Below are positions 24,101 to 37,600 of a DNA stretch of 64,000 nucleotides, one piece after another; positions within the stretch are counted from its first letter, which is position 1, and each line of letters begins with the position of its first letter. The notes beneath the pieces are model-generated. The model did not search any database. It was not told where the DNA came from and saw only the letters and a program-made list of their open reading frames with translations. Origin of the DNA: Vicugna vicugna (taxonomy: Eukaryota); assembly GCA_013265495.1 (NCBI GenBank), contig MU061804.1:186001-250000 (forward strand). Reading direction: 5' to 3'. The translations under genes and the position numbers were made by a program.

Positions 24101-27100
24101 GCAGGCAGACTTGATCGAGGCCACAGAACTGACCAGCAGTCGGGGTGGAGGCTACCCCAGAGCCTGCACGCCCGCAGCGCCATGCCCTCCATCCGACTCC
24201 AGCTTCGGGCGTCCACCCTGGGAGAGAGGGGCTCAGCTCACAGGCACGGCTTGTCAGAACCACTCGTGGGCATCTGTCTAATCGACGCGTGAGCGTTTGA
24301 TCATTCCTGGGATATACGTGGCCCCAGTTTTCTAGCAGTGATCCCAGGGCAAGGAACATGACTTTGGAAACAGTAGATTAAAGAACAAAGGGTTTCATCA
24401 CCGATATGTGAAGGGGAAAAATCAAAAGAAATTGAGGAAGAAAATAAAAACGTTGAATTGACTGTAATACGTTGAACTTTTCATTTTCTCCACATCAACT
24501 CTCCTTTTGATCATCACAAATAAAATCAGGTCTGAAGTTGTATTACTAAGAATAAGCCGAGAACATTGCCTTCCTGTGTCCCCCAACATGGAGCCGTGCC
24601 TGCCAGGCGTCCAGGGGTGGTTTGTGTTCGCAGGGGCATTCAGGTTGTTCTCTGGGCCCCAGTGTAGCTCCTTCTGATGCGTAAATCCATTGCTTATTTC
24701 TCCTTGTATGCACTCATTTTATTTCTGTAAAAGGCACCAGTGGTGGTTGAGCTGACGTCTTCATTCTCTTACTGCTGTCACAGCTGCCACTCGCAGTCCC
24801 CATGAGTATTTGCCTGCCCTGGACTGGGTGGAGTTGGCAGAAGGAAAGAGAGGGGGTGGGATCTGCACCTTCGTTCTGACTACTGGAGCAAAATCACCTG
24901 TGAAAGGAGAGAAATGTGGAAATTCTTACCTGTCGAAGTTTGGGCCGCCTTGGACTCCACTCACACATAAAATGACGCTTAAATCTGGGCTAACCAGACA
25001 CGGCATTGTGATGAGCAGTTTGGCTTTGCAGTGTTTGGAGAGTGTGGTTGGGCACAGAAGTGCCCTCGGTCTGAGCACCTGCAGGCACAGCAGGGAAGAT
25101 GTCGGGACAGGGAGCCCATGAGCTTGCCGAGGACGTTTTTTGGAAAGTGGAGAGAAGAGGAGCTGAGGACAGAGGGAAAGACGCTTTTCCCACGTTGTGT
25201 CTTCAAGTCTAGTTTCCTCCCTGGGTTTAGCAAAAGGACCTTCTGATGGTACCTGTCAGCTTCCAGCACCCAGCGAGGAGCACGGCCGGTCAACAGCTTT
25301 TGTCTCCCACAGGCCCTGCCCAGCCTGGTCGTCTGGCTCACACACATACACACAGTACAGCAGGCAGGGCTCAGACAGCGAGCAGTCCCCTGTGAGTGGG
25401 GTCTTGCAGGGGGTGGTGAGAGCCGGGCCCCTCCCCTGGGCGTCCTCTCTGCACCAGCCGTTCCCAGGGGTCCTCCATGTGCTGCGCTCCGGGGTCTGGC
25501 AGCAGAGGTGGGGACTCTGTCGTGATGACCTTGTCTGTCGGGCCCCGGCTCAGTCAGGTGGGTTGGTTGGCCTGTTGAGCGAGATGGAAGTAGTTTGATG
25601 TGACTCCACGAAGGATCCTCGGGCTCAGCACTCTTGACCTTCAGGCAGGACAAGTCTTTGCTACACACTGTTGTCCGTATCCCCCGATGTCTCTGACCTC
25701 TTCCCGCCAGATGTCAGTACACCCCTTCCCAGGTTGTGACAACCAGAAATGTTCCCTGACACTGTCAGGTGACCCCTGAGGGAAAGACTCACCTGGTTGA
25801 TCACTGATCTAGACTAAAGTTGGAGAAGGACGTGACATAGATGTAAAAATGGCCTCGATTTTGTTGTTCCCTTCAGAGACCAGGAAAGAGGGAGTGAGGC
25901 TAAGGAAAGGGGTGCAGGCAGGGCCCCTGTGACAGCTGTGGGCACAAGCCTGCCCACACGTGGTGTTTGCTGACGGGTGTGTGTGCTGGCCGACCTCCAC
26001 CGGACGGTTCCAGCGGAAGCACTAGTGCTTTCCCTGTCCCACAGGGAGTTGCCCCTGCACCCCCGGAATATGCTCTTCCTTCTGTGGGGATGGATCATGG
26101 CTTCGGGGACCAGAGCTGGGTCTGGGTGGAACAGGTGTGGCTCTCGAAGGGAGATGCTGAGTTGAGCTGGCGCTCTGCAGACTGCTGGCCATGCCGTCTT
26201 GGGTCCTGGATCTCTCTGAGCCTCAGCTTCCCCCTCTAAGAAAATCATAAAATGGAAGAAATGCTTCCTGCTCCTCGCCCCCTCATAAGGTTGTAAAGAG
26301 CAAATAAGCCAAAATGTTTGGAAACTTGTTTATTTGAAAGGGTTACAGGAATATCACCCATGACCACCATTGGTGGGGATGCCAGAAGCTCTGGAATAAC
26401 CGGAGAGAGAGAGTGAGTGAGGATCACTTCTGCCAACTGGCTGGTGGGCTCCTCGGGCCTGGGCTTCCCAGGGGTCAGACAGGACAGCCCGCTGGGATGT
26501 GTTCCCAGCTGGCAGAGATTTGGGAGCAACGGGAGGAACCAAGAAGGGCTTGCTGGGCCGGGGACGCTGGGCCGGGAGTTGGCCCGCACAGCACGTTGAA
26601 TCTCCGCGGGGCTTGGCTGAATTTGGTCTTGCTTTTTCGTCTGCCTGCATGGACGGGCTGTGAGGTCACCTCACTCCGTGATGTCCTGGGGCTCTTCAGT
26701 CACAGGTAGGGCTCACGTCAAGCTGAATTTTCAGCACCTCAGGGAGAGTCAGAGGACTGGGCAGGACTATAGCTTAGCTTAGGCTGACGAGGGTTGCACA
26801 TGGTCTGGAGACGGTCTGGTGTGACCTGCACCCCGGTCCCTGGGGCTTCTGTGCTCCCTCACGGACCATTAGTGGGAGAGGACGTTTGGTCTCCAGAGGA
26901 GGGAGAACAGTGCTTGTGGGTCAGCGGGGAGGTGCGGTAACGTGCCGTGCTCCCTTCCTCGTCCCCAGGCCCTGTCCCCAGGCTCTCAAAGTTCTTTCCC
27001 AGGCCAGTCTCAGACAGGAGTTGTGGGCGTTGCTGGAGGTGACCTCAGCTCCTGGGCCAGCTGAGGGGACCTGCGTATGAGACTGTGTGTCTGTAGGAAG

Positions 27101-30100
27101 AGCCGGTGGTAGGGAGCCCTTCCTGGGATGTGAATTTGTCTCTGTTGATAGATTCCGGGCAAAGACCCAGGATGTTGGCCATCACTTTCCACAGCTCAGG
27201 GATCAAGCCTGCTCTGGGGCCATGCGGTTGGCCCGGAGAGAGCCCTGGGCCCAGCTCTGGACACTCTGGATCGAAGTGCCAGCAGGTGGGAGGGACGGGA
27301 TTTGAAGCCGCGTCTTGGGGAAAGCGCAGTGTGCGCAGCCTGGCGTGCCGACGCGCGGCTTCTGCCTCCCCCCACCCCACTCTTCCTGAGTCTGCTCTGC
27401 CAGTCGGCGCTGTGCTCCCCAAGCTCGGCTGCTCGCCATCGTGAGGGGAAGCCCCCGTTTTAGGGCAGCAGATCATTTGAGGTGGTTTCTTGCCAGAGCC
27501 TCGCTGCCTGGAGTCTTCTGAGGCACCGGCAGCCTGTAGGAGGGCCTCTTCTCTGGCGCTAAGGCAGCAGCTACAGTCTTTACACAGACGGGGCATTTGC
27601 CCCTGTTCCTGGGGCCTGGAGCAGCAGGAGCCCCTTGAGAGACACAGAGTCCTTCACTGTTCTGTGTCAGGAGGAGGAAAGTGAGGCCAGAATATGTGCA
27701 GCCAATTTTCTTCAAATTACAGTGAAGCATTGCTCTTGTTTAGCTGCAGGATGAGATTATCCCGAGTGTTTATCCGGAACAATCTCTTGAACACCTGCTC
27801 CGACGCACTGACGGGCACCAGAGGCACAGGTGACTGGGGTGGCCCCTCCCAGCAGAGCCGCTGGTTTGGGGTGTGTTGAGGAGGTAGATGGTGCCATAAA
27901 GACACATGTAGGGGCCCTTGGACCTGGCAGGGGCGTGGGGGGAGCAGCAGGAAGAAGCCGGAGAGAAGGCAGGGCTTGGCTTGCCTGTTGAGCCATCCTC
28001 TTTACCTGCCTCTTAAGATTTCAGAGCTCAGTCCCACGGGTGGGTTGGTTCACAGGTCACTTACACGTAACTGGAGATCTTCCCTGTGTGAGACCTGCAC
28101 CTGTGGCCCAGGTGACGCACTCACGTCCTAGCTGGAGCTCAGCCGTCACAAGAGTTAAGAGAAAACATGGCCAAACCTCAGTGCTTCAGTCGAGCCCACA
28201 GCTTCCCAGCACCTAAGAGGTGGCTGTTCTGTGGGGGTGACCCAGCTGACTGTAAATGGTCAAGTTGAGATTCACATGTGAGATATTTCAGCACGTGAAA
28301 AATCCATTATCAAGAGAGCTGCACAAGGCCTGTAACGTTTCTGTGCCCCTAAAGCACCCTTTTGCCTTGTCATGTAGTGGCGTGTGCCCCACCGGGATTC
28401 CCGTCTGCCAGGAGGGACCCTGGGAGATGTTGCAGTAACAGCAGCAGAAGGAATTTCACGTCAGAAAACCAGCTTACAGCAGAAGTTCCGTGGGCTCCTG
28501 CGGAGGGGAGGGCCCCCGGCCTTCCCGAGATGACACTCCGGCTGTGGGCTGTCCCGTCCCATCTGGGTGGGCTTCCTGGTCCAGTTCTGATTTCTCCCTG
28601 TCGGCTTTCCTCTCCTGGCCTCTCTGCAACTGAGTGTCCCCACAGCTTGCGTCCACGTGACCTCCTTTTCTCCGTGCCCCATGTGAAAATACCGCAGACG
28701 AAGAGTAGATGGGAGGTGTGTGCAGGGAGGTCACAGTCCCATCCCGCACGTCTGGGAGGAGGGAGCCCTGGGAGCAGTGTTGGACCTGCCCGCCTGAGCC
28801 TTTGGGCAGCAGGCAGTGACTGTCCACAGCGCCCGTGCTTCATCACTTGCCTCCTGAGCAGGCTCCTGAGTCCTCCTGTCGCATGGCTTTGGGGAGGTGC
28901 TGTCACCCTTCTCCCTGTGCGGGGATTGCTGTTCAGGGCCGGAGTCTCCTTACCATCACCCCGAGTGTCTGCCCAGGAACGGAGTGACTGTTCCCTCTGC
29001 GGCGAAGTTACTCGGTCTGAACTGCTGATGTTCGTGGTTTTCCCTGGGGTGAAGTTCTTACTCTGTTCTTCTTCCCCCATCTAGAAGAAATACTGGATTT
29101 AACTCCATATTTGTGGAGTTCCCAAAAACTTTGTGCTTGGGCACTTGCTCCCCATTTATTTCCCTTTCCACGTAAGGACAGTTGTCAGAAATACGTGATA
29201 AGTTGGGACGTTGTAGCCGGGTAGCCTTAGCCGTGTCTTTATCAAGCTGGGTTTTGATGAGGAGAAAGAAAGGCCAGAAGGCTGGTGTTGGAAAGGGTGG
29301 GCCCACGGTAAGAGCCTGTGCCTTCCAAGGGCCCGGGCGCGGCTTTGGAAAGTGTCGAGGCCATGTCTACCTGCTGTGTCCCTGCCTCCTTTGTGCTGTT
29401 ACGTGGGGTCCACGTGGTCCCTCATCTTGCAGGTGCCCTTGGCCAGCATCACAGCTCACACTTCAGGCCCTGAGCTCAGTGTTGGAGAGCGGTCCGGGAT
29501 GGTCAGAAGGGTGCGGAGAAGAGGACGGGAGGGTGTGTATGCACGGCACGAGGGTTTGATCTCAGGCCCGTGGTTGTCCATTGACCCAGACCTGTGAGTG
29601 AATGTGCCCCGGGTCTTGCTTTTCATTAGAGGTTCTCTGGTAAATTTGAAGGATGCTGTTTGGTGGGAGACCCTGATCATTCCAGCAGGTACACTGAAAC
29701 TTTATTCTGTGACCACCTGGATTCAGATAGTTCTCACTAACGATATTATGAAGAAGTTGAGAACGTTGTACACAAAATTGCCAACCTTCCAGAACGTTTT
29801 CTGCACAGCCTCTCATCACAGAAGTTACAAAATCGGTGCTCCCACCTGTCCCTTCCATCTTGTATCACGGGGCTCCTGGGCTTCACCCAGGACAGACCAC
29901 CTGTCACCCGACCTCGGGTTGCCGTGACTTCGCCCCTTGCGGCTGAGAATACCACCAAAGCCCGGTCCCCTGCTCCCGCCGCAGTGTCTGCCTCCTCTCC
30001 ACCTGCAAGTCCCTCCCCGTCGCAGACCGCTGAGGCCGCCGTGCAGGGCGGTGCCTGAGCCCTGCTGCTCCCTCTGCCCAGGGCGCTCTTCCCGCCGTCT

Positions 30101-33100
30101 CCCTGCAGGGACTGCAGTGCGCCCTCCAGAGCAAGTGGGACCAGCAAGCCTGTGCGGGTGGGGGGGGCGCCACCAGGACTCCGGTGTGTGCTGGGCCGGA
30201 GCAGAAGAGGAGGGCAACGTGTACGGGGCACAGAGGTGGCTCACACCCGTGATTCATTCCATGTGCGTGTTAACCCTGGGACACGGATAGCCCCATGACA
30301 GATGAGCAAACGGTGTTGTGGTGGCTGTGTAACTTCCTACAGTTTCCCGGCTGCCGCCAGTGGGCTCTGGTGTCTGACTCTGCCCCCACCCGCGATGTCC
30401 TGTGACATGAGCCCAGGAAGGCGTGCACCGGGGCCTCTTCTACCCAAATGTGGGGCCACAGGGTGCATCAGCAGAAGTAACGATGGTGATGGGGAGGATG
30501 GAAGGACAGGGCATCTGAGGTCTCCAAGTCCACCCTCCCTAGCAGTCCTCAGAGAAATAAAGAGAAGTGGGGAGAGTTTTTTACGAAGCGTGGTGGAATC
30601 TGGAGGTCATCCAGCATAAGAACAGACTTGGCTACAGACCATCAGCGGAACCACACCCTGGGTGCAGGGTGCTGGGAGCAGGGAGCCCGTCGTCTCCACG
30701 CATCACCCCACAGAGGACTTACTGTCTACAAAGGGGGCAGAGCAGTGAGTGGGCACCAGCTCAACCAGGTGGTCTGGCTCCTGTGAGCAGGAAAGTGGTG
30801 GTCTGGACCCCTCTGCTCCTGCACAGGTGTGGTGGGACAGCCCAGCATTGCCAACACGGTGTTCCCAAGGGACAGAGAGCATGTGCTGTGAATCTAACAC
30901 AAGGAGACGGCCCAGTCCATGATGTGGAAACCTCTGTGGAGCCATTCGCCTGGGCACCTCAGTGGGCCAGCCAGATGCAGTGCTGGAGCCCTGGTTGGGT
31001 CCTGGACTGTTGTCGGGGAGGAAGGGCCCGGAGGGGAGGACTCCCTTCTCCAGGAGGCTCTCCCTAGAGGTCCAGCACAGCCAGTGTCCACCGGCTGTCT
31101 CTTCCAGTAGAACAGGCATGGGGTGTTTTATCTCTGCTCTCATACCAGCATCCTCTGGGCTCCACCAGACCCCGACCTTGTTGACCGTTGCCCATGTCTG
31201 CCTCCTGGGCCTCGGGGGATGGCTGTCCCTCCTCTCCCTGAGAAATTCCTCTGTCGTTCCCATCACTGGTTCTAGAACTTTGCTTCTTGCTTGTCTTGCA
31301 GGTTCGAGTGTGAATGGCCTGGAGGAGCCCAGCGTTGCCAAGAGACTGCGGGGCACCCCGGAGAGGATTGAGTTGGAGAACTACCGCCTGTCGGTGAGGC
31401 AGGCAGAGGGGCTGCAGGAGGTGCCCGAGGAGACGCAGGCCGAGCACAACCTGAGCAGCGTGCTGGACACGGGGACAGAGGAGGATGTGGCTAGCAGGTC
31501 AGCCTGGGGTCGGGGCACTGCCTGCCGGACACAGGGATGGGGTGATGGGTCCAGCAGGTTGGCCCGTGATCGGGGCACTGCCTGCTAGACACAGGGACAA
31601 GGGAACGGGGCCAGTAGGTTCGCTTGTGGTCGATGCACCACCCGCCGGACCCGGGAACCAGGGGATGAGGGAACAGGGCCAGCAGGTTGGCCTGTGGTCG
31701 GTGTACCACCCGCCGGAGGAGCAGCACAGCCCTGGTCAGGATGTGGCAGCTGACTGACTGGGATGGAGTATTGGCTGTGACACCAGGCGGGCTGTGACTT
31801 GTGTGCCTCCATTTCCTCCTGTGAAATGGGGCAGTACCCGACCTTCTTTGGAGTTGTGTGAGGTTGCAAGTGGAGGCAGCACTGGGACTGCGCTGGGCAT
31901 GCACACGTGCTTGTAGATGGCGCTGCTGTTGCTGCTTCAGTGCGATGCCTGGCCATGTGTAGAGGACTCTGTGTCCACCTCTCACCTGTCCATCCTCTGG
32001 GACCCTGTGAGGCGGCACAGCCAAAGGTACATCTTGTCACCTTCTGGTGAGGAGACTGGGGGTGAGCACAGCAGGGATCGAGGATTGACAAAGATTAAAA
32101 CTCAGGTTCCCTGGTCGGTTCCCCCTGCTGATCCACCTGCTCAAGCGTTAGGATCCTTATCTCTTCATCTCATAAGCCCGTAGGGACCCCCTTGACCTAA
32201 TTCAGAGACTCAGTGCTGACTGAGCACCTGCTGAGGCCTTGACACTGCTCTTCATTGAAAAGGAACAGAAAGAATCTGCCCTGGGGTGGGGTTACAGTGT
32301 GTTGGGGGCGAGGACCTCCACTGAGGCCCAGAGAGGTGAGGTGGCTTCCCCGAGACTGCACAGCCCGGACTCCTGCTCCTCTCTGCCACCTGCGAGTTGT
32401 GGGCAAGTTTCTTAACCTCTCTTGCCTCCATTTCCTCACCAGCAAAGGGCCCTGCACCTCCTAGGTTTGCTGCAAGCAGTGGACACGGTGTCAGGTGCTG
32501 AGTCACCCCAGCGGTCACCATAATTACTGCCACCTGGGGCAGGACTGGCACCCTGGGTTTGGCTCCTTACACAGGTGTGCAAATGCCGGAACTAGGCTCT
32601 GCTCGAACCTGCCCTGGGGCAGCAGTGACCAGGCTTGGCCTGCATCCAAGTCACCCAAGGGTTTGTTAGAGTGCAGATGGCTGAGCCGTTTTGGACTCTG
32701 TCAGTTTGGGGAGAGGTTCCTGGTGGTGCTGCAGTCTGGAGGCCACGCCCTGAGAACCCCTGCTCTAAATTTCCCAGTTTTCCTGATGGTGAACACATCC
32801 CGCGACACTCGGTGGAAAATTCCTGCCGCCGCCACCCTCCCCGTACCCGAGGGTCTCATTCAGTGGGTTGGGGTGGAGACCAGGAACATCTGTTTTTAGA
32901 GGACGCCCTGGGTGATTCTTAGCATCGGCTTCGTGGTTTAGGTCGCACAAGCAGGGAGCCTTGGCAGGGGCCAAGCTCCGTGACCCTTCCTTGGAGTGGG
33001 GAGGGAGCATCTTCCAAAGGACTGTGAAAATGGTACTTTGGTCTTCTCTGCGGGAGGATCTGGTGTCCCCAGGTCGGGAAAGACTGGCTCTGTGATTTTT

Positions 33101-36100
33101 GTTGTGTTCTTCTGACTGCCTTTCTGGCAGGCTTTGCCCGTCTGCCGAAGTCCTTCAGTGTTTACACGTTCCTGGCTCATCCTTTAGTCAGAAGGGCTGG
33201 AGCAAATGGATAAATAGGTACATTTTCCAGATAGTGCAGCCAGGGTGGCAGAGGGCTCCCTGAAAGTCGGAGACGGAGCAGCCCCTCCTTTGAGGCAGGT
33301 CTGAAATAAGAAATTCCTAGCTATTCGCCTCTCTCCTCACCCTTCTCCAGCAGGGGCAGAGCCATTGCCAAGCAGGACCAGGCACGTCTCCTCCACCGTC
33401 CACCTGGTGTTTACAGGGGTGTCAGAGTGGGTGGGCCCGGGATGCCCCACAGGACAGAAGGCTGCACAGAGACAAGTGGGTGGGAGTGAAAGGGGGGCAC
33501 CCAGGGGCTTCGGGCTCGTCCGTGTGGCCGCCAGCCTCCCTCCTTGTGGGCCTGCCTGGAGCCACGCCCACCCTGCAGCTGGGAGCCTGGCTGAGGGCTT
33601 CCTCCTGAGGGTGGTGGTGTGGTGGGGATCCCAGCTTCCCCCGCAGACTGTTGCCCAGGGCGGCCGTGCCCTGGGGCCCCTGTGGGGTTGGCAGAGCTAG
33701 TCTGTGGGCAGGGCCTTGTGCTGCGTCTGCTCCCCTGGGTCCGCCCCTCTGCGAAGCTCTTCTAAGCCCGGAGCAAGCCTTCTCCTTTTAGGAGCTGGGT
33801 CGTGGGGCTTTGGTTCCTCCTGCCAGCTTGTCGGGGGCTTGGTGATGAGTCAGCGCCCAGGCAGCTCCGGGCAGGTGCAATGAGGAGTTTCTGCGGCATA
33901 TTCTAACTGATGGGTTGGCTCTGCTGTGGACGTTTGCCGGGGGCTTCAGAGGGGCCGTCTAGCACTCCCAGAATCCAGGTGGCAGTGTGCCCGGCCTTCC
34001 TGGCCGAGTCCCTTGTCCATTCTTGCTGCGCCTGCATGTGCCAGGCAAGTGGTCCCAAGTGGCTGATGCGGCAGGACCCCGAAACCTTCACCCCGCACCT
34101 CCTTATTAGACTCTCCACCTGGCCGCACAGGGAGACAGACCCTTCCTTTAGTCAGGGCACCCCAGGGCTGAGGGCCTCATCCCCCCGGCGGGGCAAGGCC
34201 AGGCTCTCTGAGCAAGGCCGGCACTCCTGGCCCTGGAGCCGGGCTGCGTCCTCATGCAGCCGCTGCCTCTCCACCAGGCGGTGAGCTCACACAGCCCTGC
34301 AGTGCTCCCAAGAGCGGCACCCCGCACACACGCCCTGCCAGCCCCACTCCTGCTGGCAGCCCTTCCTTCCCACTCGAGGGCCTCCCGCCAGACAGTGGGT
34401 GGGATGAAAGGAAGGGCTGTTCACTCTGGGTCTCCAGGGTCCTGAGGGCCCGGAGCCTGAGCTCAGCAGGACTGCTGTTCACTCTCTCCACCCCGCACGG
34501 CTCCCCCGGGCAGGGGACACGCGGGCCCTCGGGGACCTGTCTCCCTCCCCACCCGCAGGTGCCACACCGAGACCGTCTGCCTCTGACCTTGGCCTTTAGC
34601 TGTCATCCCCTCCTCGGGGCCTGTCAGTCTCACTTTGGTCCCATGGTTGTTCCTGCAGCAGCTCTGAGTCTGAGATGGAGGAGGAGGAGGAAGAGGAGGA
34701 GGAGGCCCCGCTGCCCACCTCGGACCTGGGTGGCGTCCCCTGGAAGGAGGCAGTGAGGATCCACGCTCTGCTGAAGGGCAAGAGTGAGGAGGAGCTGGAG
34801 GCTTCTGGGAGCTTCGAGCCCGGGGACGAGGAGGAGGAGGAAGAGGACGAGGAGGACGAGGACGAGGAGGACGAGGACGAGGAAGACGAGGAGGAGGAGG
34901 AGTCCAGTGAAGGTCAGAGACTCATCTCCCCTCCTGCCACAGCCCCTGGGGCCCCCAGGATAGGGCCCGTCTGAGCAGAGCTGGAGGCCGAGGCGGACGA
35001 GGGCCCCCCAGGTCAGGTTAATCATTCCCTCCTGGAACTTAGCCTTCTGTGGGGTTCTCTGGCCCTTAGTGCTGGATATAGGAGGCTGTGGAGCGTTAAG
35101 GAGGCGCGTGAGCGAGGGGCCTGCCGGGCGGCGACGTGCTCAGACTCGGGTCCTGTTAAGTTGGTCGGGCTGGCTCTGAACCCCCTCTCATCTCCGACTC
35201 AAGGTGTTCGATTCTGGCCGTGTCGGCTGTGTGTGGCCCTGAGCCGACAGGGAGAGCTTGGTCCCGCCGAGGAGCGTGTCTGGGCAGTGACTTCCGGTGC
35301 CCGTAGGCGACTCTGCTCCCTGTTCTCCCCTTTTGCCCCGATGTGGGTGCGCCTTGTCTGTGGGGTCAGGCCCCCACTGTAGAAGGGACGCACTGGCCCT
35401 CGGGCAGAGAACTCCAGCAGGGCCGGCAGCCCCGGCGTCTGTCGGGACGACGACACGGGTGCACGTGAAGGCACCCCTGACCTCCGGCCCCCCAGCTCCC
35501 TCGCCGGCACCCCGTCTGCCCACAAGAGCAGGTCCCATGCGAAAGACAGGATTTCAAAGAGCGGTACTGCCCCACCCCCCAGCTCCAGCTTGAGCAGCCC
35601 CTCTGCACGTCCCACATCCAGTTAAGACCCAGCTTCTCCTCTGTCGTGAACAGAAAACCTCACGCCAGTCAGCGCTCACGGTGGCAGAGCCAGCACAACA
35701 GCCCAGAGCCCCTCCCGGTGCCTCTTGATGTGTCTCCGGGAGAGGAGGAGATGCTGGCTGGTGAGCCCCAAACCCAAGGCCACGTGCAGAGCAGGCCGCA
35801 ACAGACACCCCCAGGGAGAAGGCTCACTCTCTTCCTTGGTTGCCTGGAAGATGAAGAAAGGGCCCGCGTTTCCTCTTTTATTTGCCTTCTTTGTCCAAAG
35901 ACACTCGGGCTCTCTGTGACTGTGCTGTCTTCCAGCACTGTCGGGGCCCCTGACCTTAGATACGGTCCCATAGGTCCCAGTAGCTCCCGCAAGAGCGCAC
36001 TCGGGACTGCAGCCCCGCGTCCGACAGAGTAGCGTCCCCGTCCACGTTCGGTGGTCTTGTTGGTATTTCTGCCCGTATCACATTCCCTGTTGCCTGGACG

Positions 36101-37544
36101 TGAGGAGGTGGTTTGTTCTAGTGATGAGGCTGAAGCCAGTCCAGCTGGACTGTCGAGAGCGGGCTGCCCAGGAACCCAGGGCCTTGGGGTTAGGAGACGC
36201 GGCTCTTGCTGCTGGAAGGCATCTTTCCTCCCGTCATGTGCTCTCCTGCGAGTTGCTGGCTGTGTCTTATTTTAGCCCACCTGAACAGCGTGGCCCAGCA
36301 CTGATGGTGGGGGGCCACGGGGAAGGGCTGCATGCAGATTCCGTGGGCAGGAACAGTCTGAAGGGGCCACGGGCGACTTCTCCTCTGGCTAAGAAGCCAG
36401 GTCTTGTGTCCAGAGGGGACTCAGGGGAGTTTTGAGGAAAACTTCCCTGGAACTTTGGGGACCTGTGGGACAGAGCTCTGCTCCCCCTCCCCCTGCCTTC
36501 GCCCCCTCAGACAGCGTGCTGCATGAAGCCTGGTACAGAAGGGGCTTTTCTCTCTCTAGCTGCTGAAGATGAGAACTCGGGTGCCCACAGAGGGACTTGC
36601 TGTCCTGTGTGAGTTGGCTGGTTCATGGCAGGGTGACAACATCCGCCCCCCCTCTGTAGTCACATGGCAGGTGGCCCAGAGCCACATTCTCACGGCCTCG
36701 GCTCTTTTCTGGCCTTCACTGTAGCCAGCTCTTTTATCCTGAAAAAGGGGTCCCTCCACACAGTTAAGGTGAAAAGAGCTTCAGAAAGGAAAGCACATTC
36801 CACCTGGCGTGGGGCAGGGGCCCTCTTCATCCAAGTCCAGCTACGTGAGGCTTGAAGCAACTGGGTCAAGGGGCCCGAGTAGGAGGCACAAGTGTGCACA
36901 TGTGAGCGCGTGTGTGTGCGCGTGTGAGCATGCACTTATTCTCAGTTTTTGTTTCTTTCTGCTTCAAACTGATTCTGGCAAATGCGGTGATTCTTCGTTT
37001 CCTCTGCTGTGGGTTCTGTTCTCTCCTCCCTTCACTGTTTATTTTCTGCTTCCTTCCTCCCCATCATCTCCCCCTTCCTCGTCTCCTTCACCCCTTGAAC
37101 CTGGCACACTAGCCGGCAGCCAGCGGCTACAGCAGAACACAAGTCCAGCCGATCCCTTGGAGATCCAGGCTGACGTGCACTGGACACATATTCGCGAGAA
37201 CAAGGAGGAGCAAGTGGTCCCAGCCTCTGAGTCCTCTCCTTCTGGAGGTAACTGCCTCAGGCCCCAGGGCCCTCATCCCTGCGACCCCCACGTCCCTGCA
37301 AATCCCCCCATCCCTGCAGAACCCCCATCCCTGCAGACCCCCATCCCTGCAGGTGCCCCATCCCTGCACACTTCCCCATCCCTGCGGCTCCTCATCCCTG
37401 CAGACCCCATTCCTGTGGCTCCCCCCATTCCTCCAGACCCCCTCCCTGCAGACCCCATCCCTGCAGGTGCCCCATCCCTGCACACTTCCCCATCCTTGTG
37501 GCTCCCCCGTCCCTGCAGACTCCATCCCTGTGGCTCCCCCCCCC

Positions 37545-37600
<56 letters not shown>

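Noticed and set aside
19035-25668. Several >200-aa minus-strand ORFs (19035..19724, 24979..25668) and similar ones elsewhere
   Set aside because: Composition is typical of chance ORFs in GC-rich DNA (Pro/Arg/Ser/Gly) with no recognisable domain; no nested gene is supported.
31498-31717. Regularly spaced repeats, superficially array-like
   Set aside because: Diverged head-to-tail units with no unique spacers, in a mammalian intron; not CRISPR.
35654-35760. Possible exon with acceptor gaacag and donor CTG|gtgagc
   Set aside because: 107 nt and not phase-compatible with the flanking phase-1 intron.
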